A DNA stretch of 54,254 nucleotides, counting the filler, from Bipalium vagum (taxonomy: Eukaryota): the NCBI GenBank assembly GCA_037834085.1. It is 3 parts of 3 records of this genome, joined end to end, with 100 filler letters (N's around TTAATTAATTAA, not from the genome) between each part and the next. Parts side by side here need not be neighbours in the genome. Positions count along the whole stretch, not along the records: positions 15,890 to 35,915 come from JBBMKC010262279.1; positions 36,016 to 54,254 come from JBBMKC010035360.1; 1 more part is not named here. One strand, 5' to 3'. The first letter of the stretch is position 1; the number at the start of each line of letters is the position of its first letter. Below the pieces are notes generated by a model. It did no database searches. It saw only the letters and a program-made list of their open reading frames with translations, and was not told the DNA's origin. Positions 25,141 to 38,296 of this stretch are shown here, piece after piece. Made by a program: the position numbers and the translations under genes.

Positions 25141-27049
25141 TCTGCAACAACTGAGCCAATGAAAATTAATTATAGAATGCCATAGGCATGAGTTCAATGA
25201 AAATTTATGATTTATTTTATTTTTATTAAATTGCCAAACAATTGAAATGTTGTGTAAGACATTGTAACCAAAACAAAATCAATGATTCAAATAAAAACGA
25301 ATTTTAAAAATAAATTTACCGTCATGATTTTAATTGAAAACCACATGATTTATTAAAACAAAACTTAAAAACTGCACTTCGAACAAATTAATATCTTCAG
25401 TGAAATGTGTGAAGCACAAAGTAAGAAAGAGAAATGAGAGAGAGAGAAAGAGAAATCTGTTTTGTAGAGATTTTTAAGGTAAAAATCAGTTTTTTATTGA
25501 TCGACATCTGAAGTAGCACCAAATTGAGTGTCGTTGAAAGGAGAATTCAGTTGACGCATTAGATATAGAGCTTAGCAGAGAGTGTCTTATCACTATCACT
25601 GGGTGAGTAGGTTTTACCTGCCATCGAGACGTATTACTGGAGTCATTAGTTCCTTCATATCACTTCATAAAATAGATCTGTAAATCTCAATAGCAATTAA
25701 TTAACTTTTCCTTAAGATATAAACTCACTCATTTCTACAGTTTTAATATTACTTTCCCAAAATATCCAATTGTGTGGTTTTACGTGCAATCACTGTGGGG
25801 AATATTAAAAATTAATTAATGTTGGAATAATATTTTTAATATATTATGATGCCAAACCGTTGTAACATAAACTTTATTGAAAATTTGGTCTGCATTACAT
25901 ATAATGTGAAGTCGATATGAACTTACAAGAAAAACACCTAATAACCGATAATGGTGGAAAACGAAAATAAAGTAGCAAAAATATCAATATTACAGATAAA
26001 ATAATAATAATAATAATAAAAACAACTGACTGAAACTGCAAGTTAAAAAAACATGAGTGTAAAAAATAATAATTATACTAATAGACATAATATTATTATT
26101 ATGATAATTTTTATAATTAAAACAAAACTAATATTTAAGGGTGTAGAAAATATTCTCGATTAATCTCAAATAAAGTAATTATGTGAAATGACGAACAATC
26201 ACTTGTGGAGTTCTAAAAACTGAGACAATGAATACTTAGCCCATTGACATTGACAGCTTAAATTGCTGTGTCTCATCAGGAGCCCTGAACAGTCTATCGT
26301 TCCCAAAATGAATCTCTTCAGACCAATGTCAAGAGCAACAGAAATTAACACGCAAAAATAACAAAACACATGGCATACCGGAAACGAACACACAATTGTT
26401 CTGTGACTGAACAGAGCAGTATTAATAAAACACAACTCAAGTCACAAGAAAAATAAATAAATAAATAATATTTTTACTATATTTTTATCCCTAAAATGAC
26501 AACACCTGTAAATAAATTCATTTAACGTTGCGTTTTTTCCAACCATCTCAGCACCCGAATTCGTTTGGTGTTTTATGGGATCTTTTGGATAATTAAAAAT
26601 TATTATTCCCCTTGATCCTACTTGGAAACAGATGTTATTAGCTTGTTGGTTTCGGAGATAGTATAGGTATTATCTATTGGTTTTTATTAATATTTTATAA
26701 GTTAAGATAAAATTGAAATAAAATTATACTGTTTATTAGGATTTTTCCTCATTTTTATGTATTAATTTTAATAAATTTAATGTTTTAAATTCACAACTTT
26801 GAAAAATAAATGAGAACTTAATCGAAAAATTAATAAATTATAAAAATTGCAATTATTTTATAAATTATAAATATACATGATGTGGATAATGTCTTTTGAC
26901 TCTTACATAAATTAAATTAAGAAGTTCATGAAATTTTCTACATAAAACAATTAATATATGAGCAATTATTTTTGAATCTGTTTTAAATAATAATCGTTTA
27001 ATGACATTATTTACGGTGCTTTTTTTTTACAAATATCACAGAAAATTAA

Positions 27050-27340
27050 ATTTGGCAGCGTTATTCGTAAAAGGTAGACATTATTTGTCAGCTACATGAA
27101 TTATATGGAAATGAAGATCTATTCAAGTCTTCTATTTATAATTTTATCAGAGTTTACCTGTGAGAGAAACAAGAAAGAATAAATGACCACACATAATTTG
27201 TGTGAAATTCAAAAACTAAAACTTAATGTGAAGAGAGACGGATTAACCAGAGACAGTTGTCTATTAGAGTTAATTTAAGTAACAAGGCTTTCCAGAAAAT
27301 ACTAAAGACCATTGGAATTGTTAAGATCCTAAAAAGGGAT
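27050..27340 (+). mobile_element. Highly degenerate mariner N-terminal relic
   Basis: DIICQLHELYGNEDLFKSSIYNF resembles the mariner HTH. Frameshifted. Confidence 0.4.
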
Positions 27341-27729
27341 ATGAATAGGTAGATCTTATTGTTATTCAGGTCTTAACGGCGAAGGTTGCTTATTGGTTGT
27401 TCGATATTATTATTTAAAAACACTGAGATAACGAATTGATTTTTAAAAATTTTATTTTTATTAATATAAAGTGTTAATTTACAATGCAATGATATCGTCC
27501 CTGAATGATATATTAGATTAGTTAAGGTTATTATTATGAAAAATCCTCTTGCTCTTCGGCTCAGAAGTCCTCAGTAAAGAGGAAAATGTTCTTTCACCGT
27601 CCTACTTAACGTGTGAAATAAGAAAAGAAAAAAGTATAAGGAATGGAGATTAAAAAATTATATATTCCTCAGATCCTGGTCTGAGTATTTATTTATTTAA
27701 TAATAACAAACTATGTCTTGTCTAACAAG

Positions 27730-29960
27730 ACACCCCTGTTTTAATTAGCTAACAATTATTTTCTGGTGATACAATAGCCCTTTTCATGTGCACTCATTTC
27801 GTGTGATCCTTAGGCGATTACTCTCTCGTAGCCATTGTTGTGCTTCTGCGATAACACTGCTACTATTATGTCGAAGCTTGCATCCGTATCTAGAATGAAT
27901 TGTTTCCTAATATCTGGAAAAGTTAAGACTGGGGTTTCCATTAATGCTTTTTCCATAGATTGGAAAGCTTCGACGCAACGTGGTGTCCAGATTAGTTTCT
28001 CCTTGTTTCTGCCAAGTAGTTCTTCCAATGTTCTTGCTTTCGATTCGTGTCCTTTGATAAATTTTCGGTAATAATTACATACCCCGAGGAAACCCCTGAC
28101 TGCTTTTACATTTGCCTGGGTTTGCTCATAAACCTGGTTGTACTATCTTTTGTAGAACGATGTCAAGTGTCTTGTAGTGCTCTGGGATGTTATCTGAATA
28201 TATCAAAATATCGTCCATATATACCATGGTGCCCTGATCTCCTGTTAGCATCTTCGTACCAGGTGCTGATACTATTCCAAACAGCATTCTAGTAAAGCAG
28301 TGTTCTGTTTTAGTTGAAAATGCTGTCTTTTTCCGTGACGAATCATCCGATTCTACATATTCATTGCCCAGATATTCCTTACTGAAATATTGAGCTCCTC
28401 CTAGACGATCTAGTAATTCTTCGGTGTTCGGCATTTTGAATGCTTGTCTTTCTGAAATCGAGTTCAGTTTCCTGAAATCTAAGCAAAGTCGCAATTTTTT
28501 TGTCCTGACGCATACAAGTAGAGAGTTCCACCTTGAATTACATTTTCGTATTATACCGTTCTCCTCCAGATTTTGTATCCAATATCCCATTCATCGGCCA
28601 TGAAAGCTGTTCTATTTTTTCAATCACTCTTGCTAGATCGACGTTGACTTCATTTTTAGAATCTCCAGTGCTCTTCGTTCTCGTTCGTCATCTGATACTA
28701 CTCTTCCATACGTCGCTTTTAAAACGCATATACGAGCATCTGTTTTTTCAATGGTATCGTCTGTGATTTTGCATAGTTGGAACCCGAATGTTCTTTGAAG
28801 ATCGAACCCGCATTTAATGTCTTGGCAAGAATCTACTGCCACTGTGAGGCTGACTCGTTCTGTTCTTCCCGCAACCTTGATCTCAATCTTCACATTTCCT
28901 GATGTCTTCAACATCGTATTATTCGCGCATTTTAATCTTACACTTGTGTTTTGGAGATACACATTCTTCAGTTTTTGTCGTTCAGTACGTTTATTTGAGC
29001 TCCTGTATCAATAGGCATTCGTAAGTTCTTCCCTGTATTTAAATTTCTGTGCTAGGTCGTCCTTGCATTTTATCGTAGGTAATTCTCGCCTGATTCCATT
29101 CTTTGATTGTCACAATTTCTGTCTCTTCTTCCTTGTCAGGGCCGCTTTTCTTTAAAAATTTATGAAGTTTCCACGTCGTCTCTGCTTCTTCCGCTCTACT
29201 CTCCGCGGCGCGGCCCTCCGTGCGAGTAACACCTATGGCGTTTAATATAATGTTCCTATCACCTCGTCTTCGGAAGGAGCCCTTCCATTTTAGGGCTTGT
29301 CCCTGCTTTCCTTCTTATACCTCTCTTTTTCTTCACTGCCGTTGTAGTCCGTACTGTCGTAGTTTCCGAATCTGTCTGCATTTACGGCTGTAATACTGCT
29401 ATTCATTCTGCTTGTCAAATTTCTTCGAAGTCCTCTTTTATCCTTGAAAAGAATACCTTTTTGTTCATGGCCAAATCTAGTTTCTCTTATCTTTCTTATT
29501 GTTCAATAGGTAGTTTGACATTCTTCTGCAGTGACCCTTAAGCGTACATTTTACACATTTTACCTTGATACAAAATCTTCTAAGATGCTCTGTTGACCCG
29601 CAAGTGTAACATTCTCGTTTCTTTGTTAGACAGTTTCGTCTGATGTGTCCAACTTTATTGTAACCAAAACACGTAGGTTCAATGTATCTGTCGTGCCAGC
29701 TTCTGTCTTGTATCCTGGCTTTGAATACTCTGGGTGATTGTTTTCCTGTCCGTGGTTAGTGACAGTTCTTGTGACATCTCTGTAGCTTCTTCTAACAACA
29801 TTTATGGTCTCCTTTTCTTCAATTCTATCCAGATTTCTGATAAGCTGGATGATGCTTTCCGAGTCCTTAATGTTCTGCACTGTGACACTTCCTTATTTCC
29901 TTGTTGTTGCTACAATAAAGCAAAACTTCCTTTCTTACTTCCTCTTTTCCCGTGAATGAC
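27730..29960 (-). mobile_element. Degenerate Ty3/Gypsy LTR retrotransposon (gag, protease, RT, RNase H; integrase and LTRs not found)
   Basis: Zn knuckle CYTCGSTEHLRRFC. RT motifs LRLCLDFRKLN, KTAFST, MVYMDDILI. RNase H motifs FILDTDAS..AVLSQ..ERVIA. Multiple stops and frameshifts. Confidence 0.9.
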
Positions 29961-31138
29961 ATGAGAGCATTTATGACTTATTTTCTAAATTTAATTATTA
30001 CTAAAAATAAAATAAATTTCTAAAAAAATTGAAAATTATAATTTTAGAAATACAGTTGATTCTAAAATAATATTTAAATTTATTTAATTAATTTTAAATT
30101 AATAATTAAAATACTTAATTTTAAATTAGCCAGTGTATTAATTAAATTTTATTTTTCGCCAAAATTTTATTTACAGAAACTTATAAGATTGGAGTCGAAC
30201 CTCAACATATAAGTCAAGTTCAGAATCAGATGTTATCAAAAGAGTTTATTAATGAAAATCAAGTTTAATATAGTTAGTAACTGACTACACAACTAATCTA
30301 TCAACCATTAAAACAAACAAATATGTCAACGATTAATAATGAATTGAATTAAAAATAATCAATGAGAAATAAATTGGTAATTAACTTGAATCAATTTAAT
30401 GTTTATCAAAAAACCGAAAAATAAGGAAAATTCACTAAAACACTCATCAATGAGAAAAGCAGTTTGTTTTTGGGTCCTCTCCTAAGCCTCATATGGTTGT
30501 CTATCAAGACCAAACTGAATGGGATCAGTTGAAAATTCAGAAACAAGGAAAGCCTATTTTTAAATATGTTATTCACTAAATAATCAAATTTCATCGAAAA
30601 GCCTGGCGAATACTTAATTTTAATAATGATTAAATAATTTAAATGATTTAAATAATCACTGTTTATTAAATATAATAATTAGCATAAAAAACTTTGGTTT
30701 TGCATAAACTCAAAACCAAATCCATTGAAAAATTTTCATAATTTTAAAAGATTCTTTATCATTTTAATTTTACTATCCAAAACCTTCTTGTTTTTCATTC
30801 TTTAATTCATTCCATGAAATCATTCAAATACTTTGTTATTACTATAACTGGTTTAAACATTATCTGCTGAGTTTCTTATTTTTATATTTTTAGAAATTTA
30901 GAAATTATTTATATTATTTGTTATGGAGATAATTTTAAAAGTTTTTATTCTGATGAATTGCTCAAGAATCAAATACGTATTGTAACAGTAATTAATTAAT
31001 ACTAAGATTATCAATAAATTTATAAAATCATCAATGGATAATTAAATCACTAAAGAGTTGTTTAAATTCATAAACGTTTTAAAATGAAGTTTGAACATTT
31101 GTTTACTTATTAAATTAATTATCGATGTGTTATGTTAA

Positions 31139-34100
31139 ATGGATCACTTAAGCATCACTTTAATTTTAACTTCAATTTTAAGTCTTTGGTATGCGTATTA
31201 TTTGTACAGCACCAGGGAATCCTATCTATGGTGGTCAAATATAAGCGATATTGAAAAATTGATTTCATTTCGAACCGAACAGGGATTATATTACTCTTAC
31301 TATCAGGAATTTATTCAAGAAACCAATTTTGTCCATGGTTATTTTATTTTCAAAAATCATTTTATCCAATGTTGAATTGTCAGGTTTTCAACGACTATTA
31401 AATAACAACATGACAGAATATCCAAACACAGTAAACATTATTAGACGAATGAATGTTTGGCAGGAAATATTGATTGGAACTCTCTACAAATTATTGAAAA
31501 TGACTCAGGTAGCTCTATATCAATCTGATCGTGATCATATTATAAATTTAATCAATCAGCTTTCAGACATTCATCCAATTGATTTCTATGTCAATTGTGT
31601 CTTATTTTTACAGACTCTATTTTTTGGATCCATATCGATTTTATCATATTTAATCAATAAATCCATTCTCGGTGGACTTCTATCCATGGCGCTTTTTGTT
31701 TTAAATCGGTAATTGAAAAATCTTTTAATTGAGACGATATTCGTCACCACTGTTTTTTGTATATTGATTATCTTTTATTCAGCCATACAATGTCAAGAGC
31801 TGCCCACATGTTACCGTTGCGCGAGAATTTCGCTCTACCGTTTTGGTGGTTGCACGTGGTCTGTTTCCATTTATTGATTCAGCCCAAGAGACCAACCATT
31901 GTGGTTCAGGTAATAGTGTTTTATCTGGAATTTATTCTCTATAATTGAGGATCATTAAAATTCATATATTTTTCGTTTCGGAACGAGAGAAAAGAATATA
32001 AGAGAAGAAAGGAGAAAACGAAGAGAAAAAATAAATGGGAGGAAAAACAGAAAGGGACAAAAATTAGAGGAAGATGAGAGAATGGTAGACAAAAGAGGAA
32101 AGAATGTAAGGAAAAATAGAGAAAGGGGAAGGAGATTGAGAGAGGGGAAAAGAGAAATGGTAATATAAGATTTTCAATTGAAGTATATATTAATTTCCAT
32201 TTAATTAATACAGAACTGATATGTTCTGGGATCTATTAACATTAATTAGAAAAGAAACATATTCTTTAATTTAAAAAATCTCATTTTTAAAATATAACTT
32301 ATAAATTTTAAATAAAATTATCTAACTTAACTTAAAAATTTAACTTATACCGTTTTCACCTCTATTTTGACATTGCAAATTTAATTTTGACAAAACTATG
32401 AGCTTAACAGCAAAATGTCATTAAAGAATGGATTCATGAAGACTGTTCGATCTCTTTAACAAAAGTTGCTGATAAATGTTTGAAGAATTCAATGTAACGG
32501 TTTTAAAGACTACAATCAACAATGTTATCAGATTTTTTTGTAATTATACCTTGAAATGAGTGAATAATATTCAAGAAAAAATAATGATGCATTCAATATA
32601 CAATCAAGATTTTGTTATGCTCAAGAATTAATTAAGCTTATCAAGTTTCTGAAAGTAACATTTTTTATTGACGAAGTTGGCTGTAATGTAAGCATAAGAG
32701 CTAAGAGAGATGGATTTTTTTTAAAAGATAAAAGCTATTTAGGTTGTCTAATCTTTAAGATCAAAAAACATATCTGTTTGCTGTACAATGAATAGAAAAT
32801 ATTATTTTACATAGGGGATCTTTATTTTTTATTATGATGTTCAAACTCGTAATTTAATGGTGACTTTTTTGAATATACAGAAAAATAGATCTGCTTAAAA
32901 ATGTGTACGAAATCGGTTTTAATAATGGACAATCATTCTTTCCATTAAACTACAAGAATAAGGAAATTGATAGAAGAAAACTGTTTCAGTTTAATATTTT
33001 TACTTCTATATTTAAATTTTTAAAATCCCATTGAAAATTTATTTTCAAAATGGAATGAATTTGTACGAAGAAAATGATAAAAAATTAAGAATCTTTAATG
33101 AAACTTATAAATAATGAGTGAAGATTGCTCCATTCCAAAATGTTTGAACAAGGAAATTATTAATGAATAAATGTATTTCTGTTTGAAATTTTTGATTTTT
33201 TTAACGTTTTAACCTGTTGAAATTAGCATTTTGTCAAAATAGACTTTTAAGATGTCAAAATAGACCTTTACAATGTCAAAAATAACTTTAACGTTGAGAA
33301 AATTGAGATGAAAACGGTATATATATATAACTTTAATTTGGTTTAATTTTTTAAAAATTTGTTTATATAATATTTTGTCCGAGTAGCTGTAGGGTAAATA
33401 TTTAAATTTAAAATTTATACAAGTAATTTTAATTTATGTATAGCTTTTTTAATATTTTGTATTATTATTATTATTATTTATTATTATATTATGTTTTAGT
33501 GAAACTATCTGTTCCCCTGTCATAAAATTTTCCAAAAAACTGGGGATATACTATAGTGTTACCGTATAAACTTCCAAATCAAATATAAAATGTTTTAATT
33601 TACATATGTTAACTTTAATTCAGAAAAAAGCGATAACGGTATAGTATCTCTCCCGTTCGATAATTAAAATAACAATATATCATTTAAAAAAGAATTCTTA
33701 TTATGAAACTGAAATTTTTTTTAAATTAAGCCAATATACTAAAAGTTATTAACAATTAAAAATAAAAAACTTGAAAAGTATTCCAATTTGACATGGTAAC
33801 CATAGTTACTTAATAAAATAATATACTTAAACAATACGTAAACTAAGATTTTTTAAAATGTATATTTTTAAATGAAATTTAAAATTTTTTAACCGTAAAT
33901 CAAACCTTAATCATAATTATAAAATATTTTAAAGAATTTTTTTTTCGCTCTAGTCCTATTTCTAATAATATTTTTCATAAATTTTAGCCCTAACCCTTAA
34001 CCCTAGTTAAAAGAATTAAAATTAAATATGATTTTCGAAATTTTAGCCTTAACCCTATTTAAAAGAATCATTTTAAATCTTATTTTTTATTATACCATAG

Positions 34101-34747
34101 CCAAAAAAGCTATTGCAGTAACACCAGGAATAAGACTGTAGTGGTTTGCATGTGGGATCAAGGTCTTGTCCATTATAAAGAGAAAAAGAAGAAAAGAAAG
34201 TAGAGAAATAGAGAAAGGAAAGATAGAGAAGAGAATGAAAAAACGATAAGATAAAGTTGAGATAAAAATGAAAGGGGTGCTCTTTGTTCTCATGACATTT
34301 CTCAAATCTCTTAATTTGATCACATTAATCGACATTGAAAATTGATTATTTTATTTAATCTATTTATTTCATGTTTTCTGTCTTTCAAGAAGTTGATTCG
34401 TCTGCTTTTTTATTCATCGACTTTTTTGTTCTGTCTCCAATGGCAATTCAGTCCGTTCGTCATTCTCATCGAATGCTCCGCCGTGTTCATAATGCAAATG
34501 CTGGACTTTATTCCATCGACTACGGTTAGATTTTTATCTCGAAATACGCGATGAACCATTATAATATTATTTCATCCTTTCTGTTAGGGAAATTTCTGTA
34601 ATTTTCTATATGTAGGTTCGCTGTTATTATTGGACTTGTCTGTTAGCTCTATTGGCGACTTGCGCTGCACAAATGGGTAATGTTATTCTCTTGTCATCAT
34701 TCACAATATCTATGCTGCTGTCCTCGTTAATATTGGGATCATTTAAG
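31139..34747 (+). CDS. DPY19L3: Dpy-19-like protein C-mannosyltransferase (DPY19L3-like), 5' part only (about 289 aa, 6 exons)
   Basis: Exons 31139-31337, 31384-31508, 31560-31708, 31783-31909, 34390-34524, 34616-34747. Motifs ISFRTEQGLYYSYY, TEYPNTVNIIRRMNVWQE, PLRENFALPF, WQFSPF, QMGN. Ends in a splice donor; the C-terminal half was not found in the window. The L3 subfamily call is less sure than the family call. Confidence 0.85.
31981..32160 (+). repeat. Purine-rich (GA) low-complexity tract
   Basis: Almost exclusively A/G over about 180 bp. A second tract lies at about 34176-34275. Confidence 0.85.
32350..33317 (+). mobile_element. Degenerate IS630/Tc1-like element with both TIRs
   Basis: TA-flanked TIRs CCGTTTTCACCTC / GAGATGAAAACGG. 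Motifs FIDEVG.N, LIMDNHSFH, FLNPIENLFSKW. Repeated subterminal TGTCAAAATAGAC. Confidence 0.85.
33542..33654. mobile_element. Possible MITE of about 110 bp
   Basis: Imperfect inverted ends GGGATATACTATAGTGTTACC / GATAACGGTATAGTATCTCTCCC. Confidence 0.3.
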
Positions 34748-34959
34748 GTGCATAATTTTTAATTTTTTCTAATGATTTTTATCTATTGATGTATATATTG
34801 TATATTCATTTGTGATAACTTTGAAAAATTAAGACCTAAAAGCTTCAGAATGCCAATTCCTATTAAAGATGAACAATTAATCAATACATTTGTAGAAAAA
34901 TTGAAAAAAAAAGAATATAAAAAAATTAAAAAATAATGGAGATTAATTAATTAAGAAAA

Positions 34960-35260
34960 ACAACATTCAAAAATTATATGGTTTATCGAAGATATATAAA
35001 GAAAATCAACGACTAAGATCTATTTTATATCACAAATTACCCCATTATAAAACACCCAATGTTTGCATTAAGTAGAACCATTAAAATATTAGATCATTAA
35101 ATGAATTGCGTTGTTCGAAAAATTAAAGGGGTTTATGAGTCACTTTGATAACATTAATTAACGAAAGAGTTGTGAATCTTTAATAATAAAAGATTGACAA
35201 TAAAATATTAACATTTAAACAGGGAACAGTAAAAACCAATGGATTGTTAGTGTATTCTCT
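34960..35260 (+). mobile_element. Penelope-like retroelement RT relic
   Basis: KLYGLSKIYKENQRLRSI corresponds to the PLE motif YGLPKIHK..PLRPI. Heavily decayed. Confidence 0.55.
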
Positions 35261-35289
35261 GATTATTTATAAATATTATAAAAATAATG

Positions 35290-35850
35290 TTAACACGAAG
35301 AAGTTGAGAATAATCCACCAACCAGTAGTCTAATGTTGGAAAATCAGCTGAAGCTGTCGAAAAGTCTTGTGGATTAACCAAAAAAATCAAAACCACAGTT
35401 AGCATATGTCAAAGACTGATTGAAAATCCTTGCAGCGAACGTTTCTTTCGAAGAATAGTCCCTTGAGATGAAAATGAATTTATTTCCAAAATACTGATAA
35501 TAGAAAGTAATGGTTAATTTTCAGTTAATTTCCAGGTCAATTTTCAAAAGCATTGTCAAAGCAATACAGGTTCTCAGAAAAGGCTTTATTGTGTATCTGG
35601 TGGAATATCAGAGACAACCCGCTTTGAAGTTTTTCCAAATGGAGAAGTAATAAATGCGGATCTATACTATGCTCAGCTTGATCGAATAAATGCAAGAATT
35701 ATACAAGAATTATCTTTCACTGATCAACCGAAAGCGAATATATTTTCATCAAGTCAATGTAAAACCACATACGGCCAGAAAGACGATGAAAAAAATAAGA
35801 ATACTGAATGGAATCGAACTGTTACCGCTTCCAGTTTACAGCGCTATTTG
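35290..35850 (+). mobile_element. Degenerate mariner
   Basis: LLCIWWN, INADLYYAQLDR, FHQVNVKPHTA, ELLPLPVYS. Confidence 0.85.
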
Positions 35851-35915
35851 TTGCTATTATGAGAAATTGACATTTTACAACAACTATAATTTTTTCTGTT
35901 TGCTGGTTACTCATA

Positions 35916-36015
35916 NNNNNNNNNNNNNNNNNNNNNNNNNNNNNNNNNNNNNNNNNNNNTTAATTAATTAANNNNNNNNNNNNNNNNNNNNNNNNNNNNN
36001 NNNNNNNNNNNNNNN
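35916..36015. other. Artificial scaffold join (N44-TTAATTAATTAA-N44)
   Basis: Same 100-bp linker as 15790-15889. Confidence 0.95.
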
Positions 36016-36077
36016 TTAAAGTGTATGGAATTAAATGTTCAAATAAAAGAGGTGTTCAGGTAACAAAGGTGTTCATT

Positions 36078-36220
36078 NNNNNNNNNNNNNNNNNNNNNNN
36101 NNNNNNNNNNNNNNNNNNNNNNNNNNNNNNNNNNNNNNNNNNNNNNNNNNNNNNNNNNNNNNNNNNNNNNNNNNNNNNNNNNNNNNNNNNNNNNNNNNNN
36201 NNNNNNNNNNNNNNNNNNNN
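36078..36220. other. Assembly gap
   Basis: Run of N. Confidence 0.99.
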
Positions 36221-36720
36221 TTTTTAAAGAACTGAATCCATTTAGACAATTAATTCATAATTGCAATTTGGAATAAGAAAGGAATGAAAAAATCTAATAT
36301 AACATAAAAATGAAAGTAAACTAAATCTCTTAAAAAATACAAAAAGTAAAACAAACTTATTAACCTTTCGTTATAATGAGCAAGCTCTTGGATAATATTT
36401 TTGACTAAAGTATTTGAATCTAAAAGTGTATGGGTAACATTTCAGGATTGATTTTAATAAATAAGTAATCATAACTTAAAAACATTTTTCCAAAATCTTA
36501 ATAAAAATTTAATTTATAAATAAACAAAAAACTAGATTATCTAAAATTGATATAAATAAATATAAATGTTCTTATATTTTTCTAAATATTCTTCTTCAAA
36601 AGTAGGGTTGTCCGATGTTCTGAGCATGAATAGAAATCAGTAAGCGATCAATGACATTTTTAAAAAATCGTTTAGCAAAATTAATATTTCGATTAATAAA
36701 TAATTAATAATTTCATATAA

Positions 36721-37033
36721 TACCGTATTTTTTGGACCATAAAAAACATTAAAGGATAATTAAATAGTTGGTTAGTTAAAAGCGTAAGATGGCCAGCTTT
36801 TCTTCATAATCTTTTGGCAGCTGCTGCAAGTCATGAAACGGATGCACCAGGAAGAAACCCATTGAAAGTAGCTGATATTCATATCACATTTCAATAAATT
36901 AATATAATATGCCTTTTTATTTAAAAAAAATTTTGGAAATATAATTTTAGAATTCAGAATTATGGCGCACTATCGAAATTTTTAAGCAGTCAAATGGATT
37001 TTAAGTGTACCTTGTAGTCCGAAAAATACGGTA
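36721..37033. mobile_element. pogo/Tc-type MITE
   Basis: TA-flanked TIRs TACCGTATTTTTTGGACCATAA / TTGTAGTCCGAAAAATACGGTA, about 310 bp with no ORF. Confidence 0.8.
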
Positions 37034-37099
37034 AATAGACAAATTATTTGTATAGGTTTGTTGAATATAATGTAAATTGCATATTTTCAAATTTATTGA

Positions 37100-37786
37100 T
37101 TTGGTCTTAAGAGAACTCTCAAAACTGTGGTTATGAATATGATATATGAATTGTGTCATATATCTGGACAAGAAATTAAGTTTGAGAAAACGTTGAGCAA
37201 TACGGGTGCTGCATTTGTTAATTGAAGATCAAAAAACCCATTGAATAAAACTTTCTCAGTATTAGTTGAAGCCCTTTAGAAAAAATAAAACCGATTTTAT
37301 CTCAGATTTGAAATGCGCATAACCACAGTCTTCAATTTTCGAAACTACCATTATCGTTTTGTGTATTAGCCTGGTATTTTGATCAGTTGTTCCCTCAACT
37401 GGACGACTACTATGACATTCATCTTTAATTAATGTGCGACCTTATTTGAAATCTGAATACCAGTTTTTAATAAGGGAAGACAATGATACTGATTGCCCAT
37501 AATACTCATCCAAAATTGCTTTGGTTTCCGTAGTGTTTTTTCCTTTCATAAACTAATGTTTCATTAATATTAGGATATTAATTTAGGAATTTGTATTTGT
37601 CAATTTTCAAAAATGCACATATTAAAAATATTTATATTGAATGTATAAAACAAAATAATCTAGCGAAATCAGTAAATTTTTATATTTATTAATTTATAAG
37701 CTTGTTTTTTTAAATAAGCATATAATTTTTACTTAGCCTTGTTATTAATGGTTAAAACCTGGAACTTTTGACACAGCAAATTGTAT
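37100..37786 (-). mobile_element. Degenerate mariner, Himar1/irritans-like N-terminus
   Basis: ILMKH*FMKGKNTTETKAILDEYYG..IKNWYSDFK*GRTLIKDECHSSRP. TIR-like TACAATTTGCTGTGTCAAAAGTTCCAG at about 37786-37760. Confidence 0.75.
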
Positions 37787-37857
37787 TAATTATTAATTAT
37801 TTTATTTCCATAAATTAATAACTGAACTACTGAGAGTTGAATTCAGATTTTATTAAA

Positions 37858-38296
37858 TTATTTATCATCAAAATACCTAGAAATACAGAATCGTCGAAAT
37901 CCACGATTTTTGGAGGATTTTTCTACAAAAGGTAAATTAAATATAGGAGTAACAAACAATTTTCGTAATACTTTGGAATTTCCAATCTCAGCAGAATGTA
38001 AGAATATTGGGTCAGTGGAATTGCTCAGTTCATCAATGGAAATATTTGTATAATCCAAATAATTAAAGGTTTCTGACTTCTTATTTTTCCTACACCTTTT
38101 TGGATTGTTGATTACTTCATTGAAAGTTTCATTTGGTGCTGCATTTGCATTATTTTCATAATTTTTTTTATTAACATTTTTAAATTCATTAATTATTTCA
38201 TGTGCATCATTGTAAGTTATTGTATCTGACATTTTTTTAGATCTTTGAGCCTGAATATGTTGATATGTAAATTTTAGCTGAATGACATCATTCATA
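37858..38296 (-). CDS. Probable terminal coding exon (145 aa, unknown low-complexity region), possibly the last exon of the CLASP-like gene
   Basis: Long stop-free frame in very AT-rich DNA, preceded by the acceptor-like TTTTTCTAAG. No family recognised. Confidence 0.45.

Noticed and set aside
30150-30320. B-box-like GGTTCGACTCC on the minus strand (tRNA or SINE?)
   Set aside because: The T-stem and acceptor stem do not pair, and no cloverleaf can be built.
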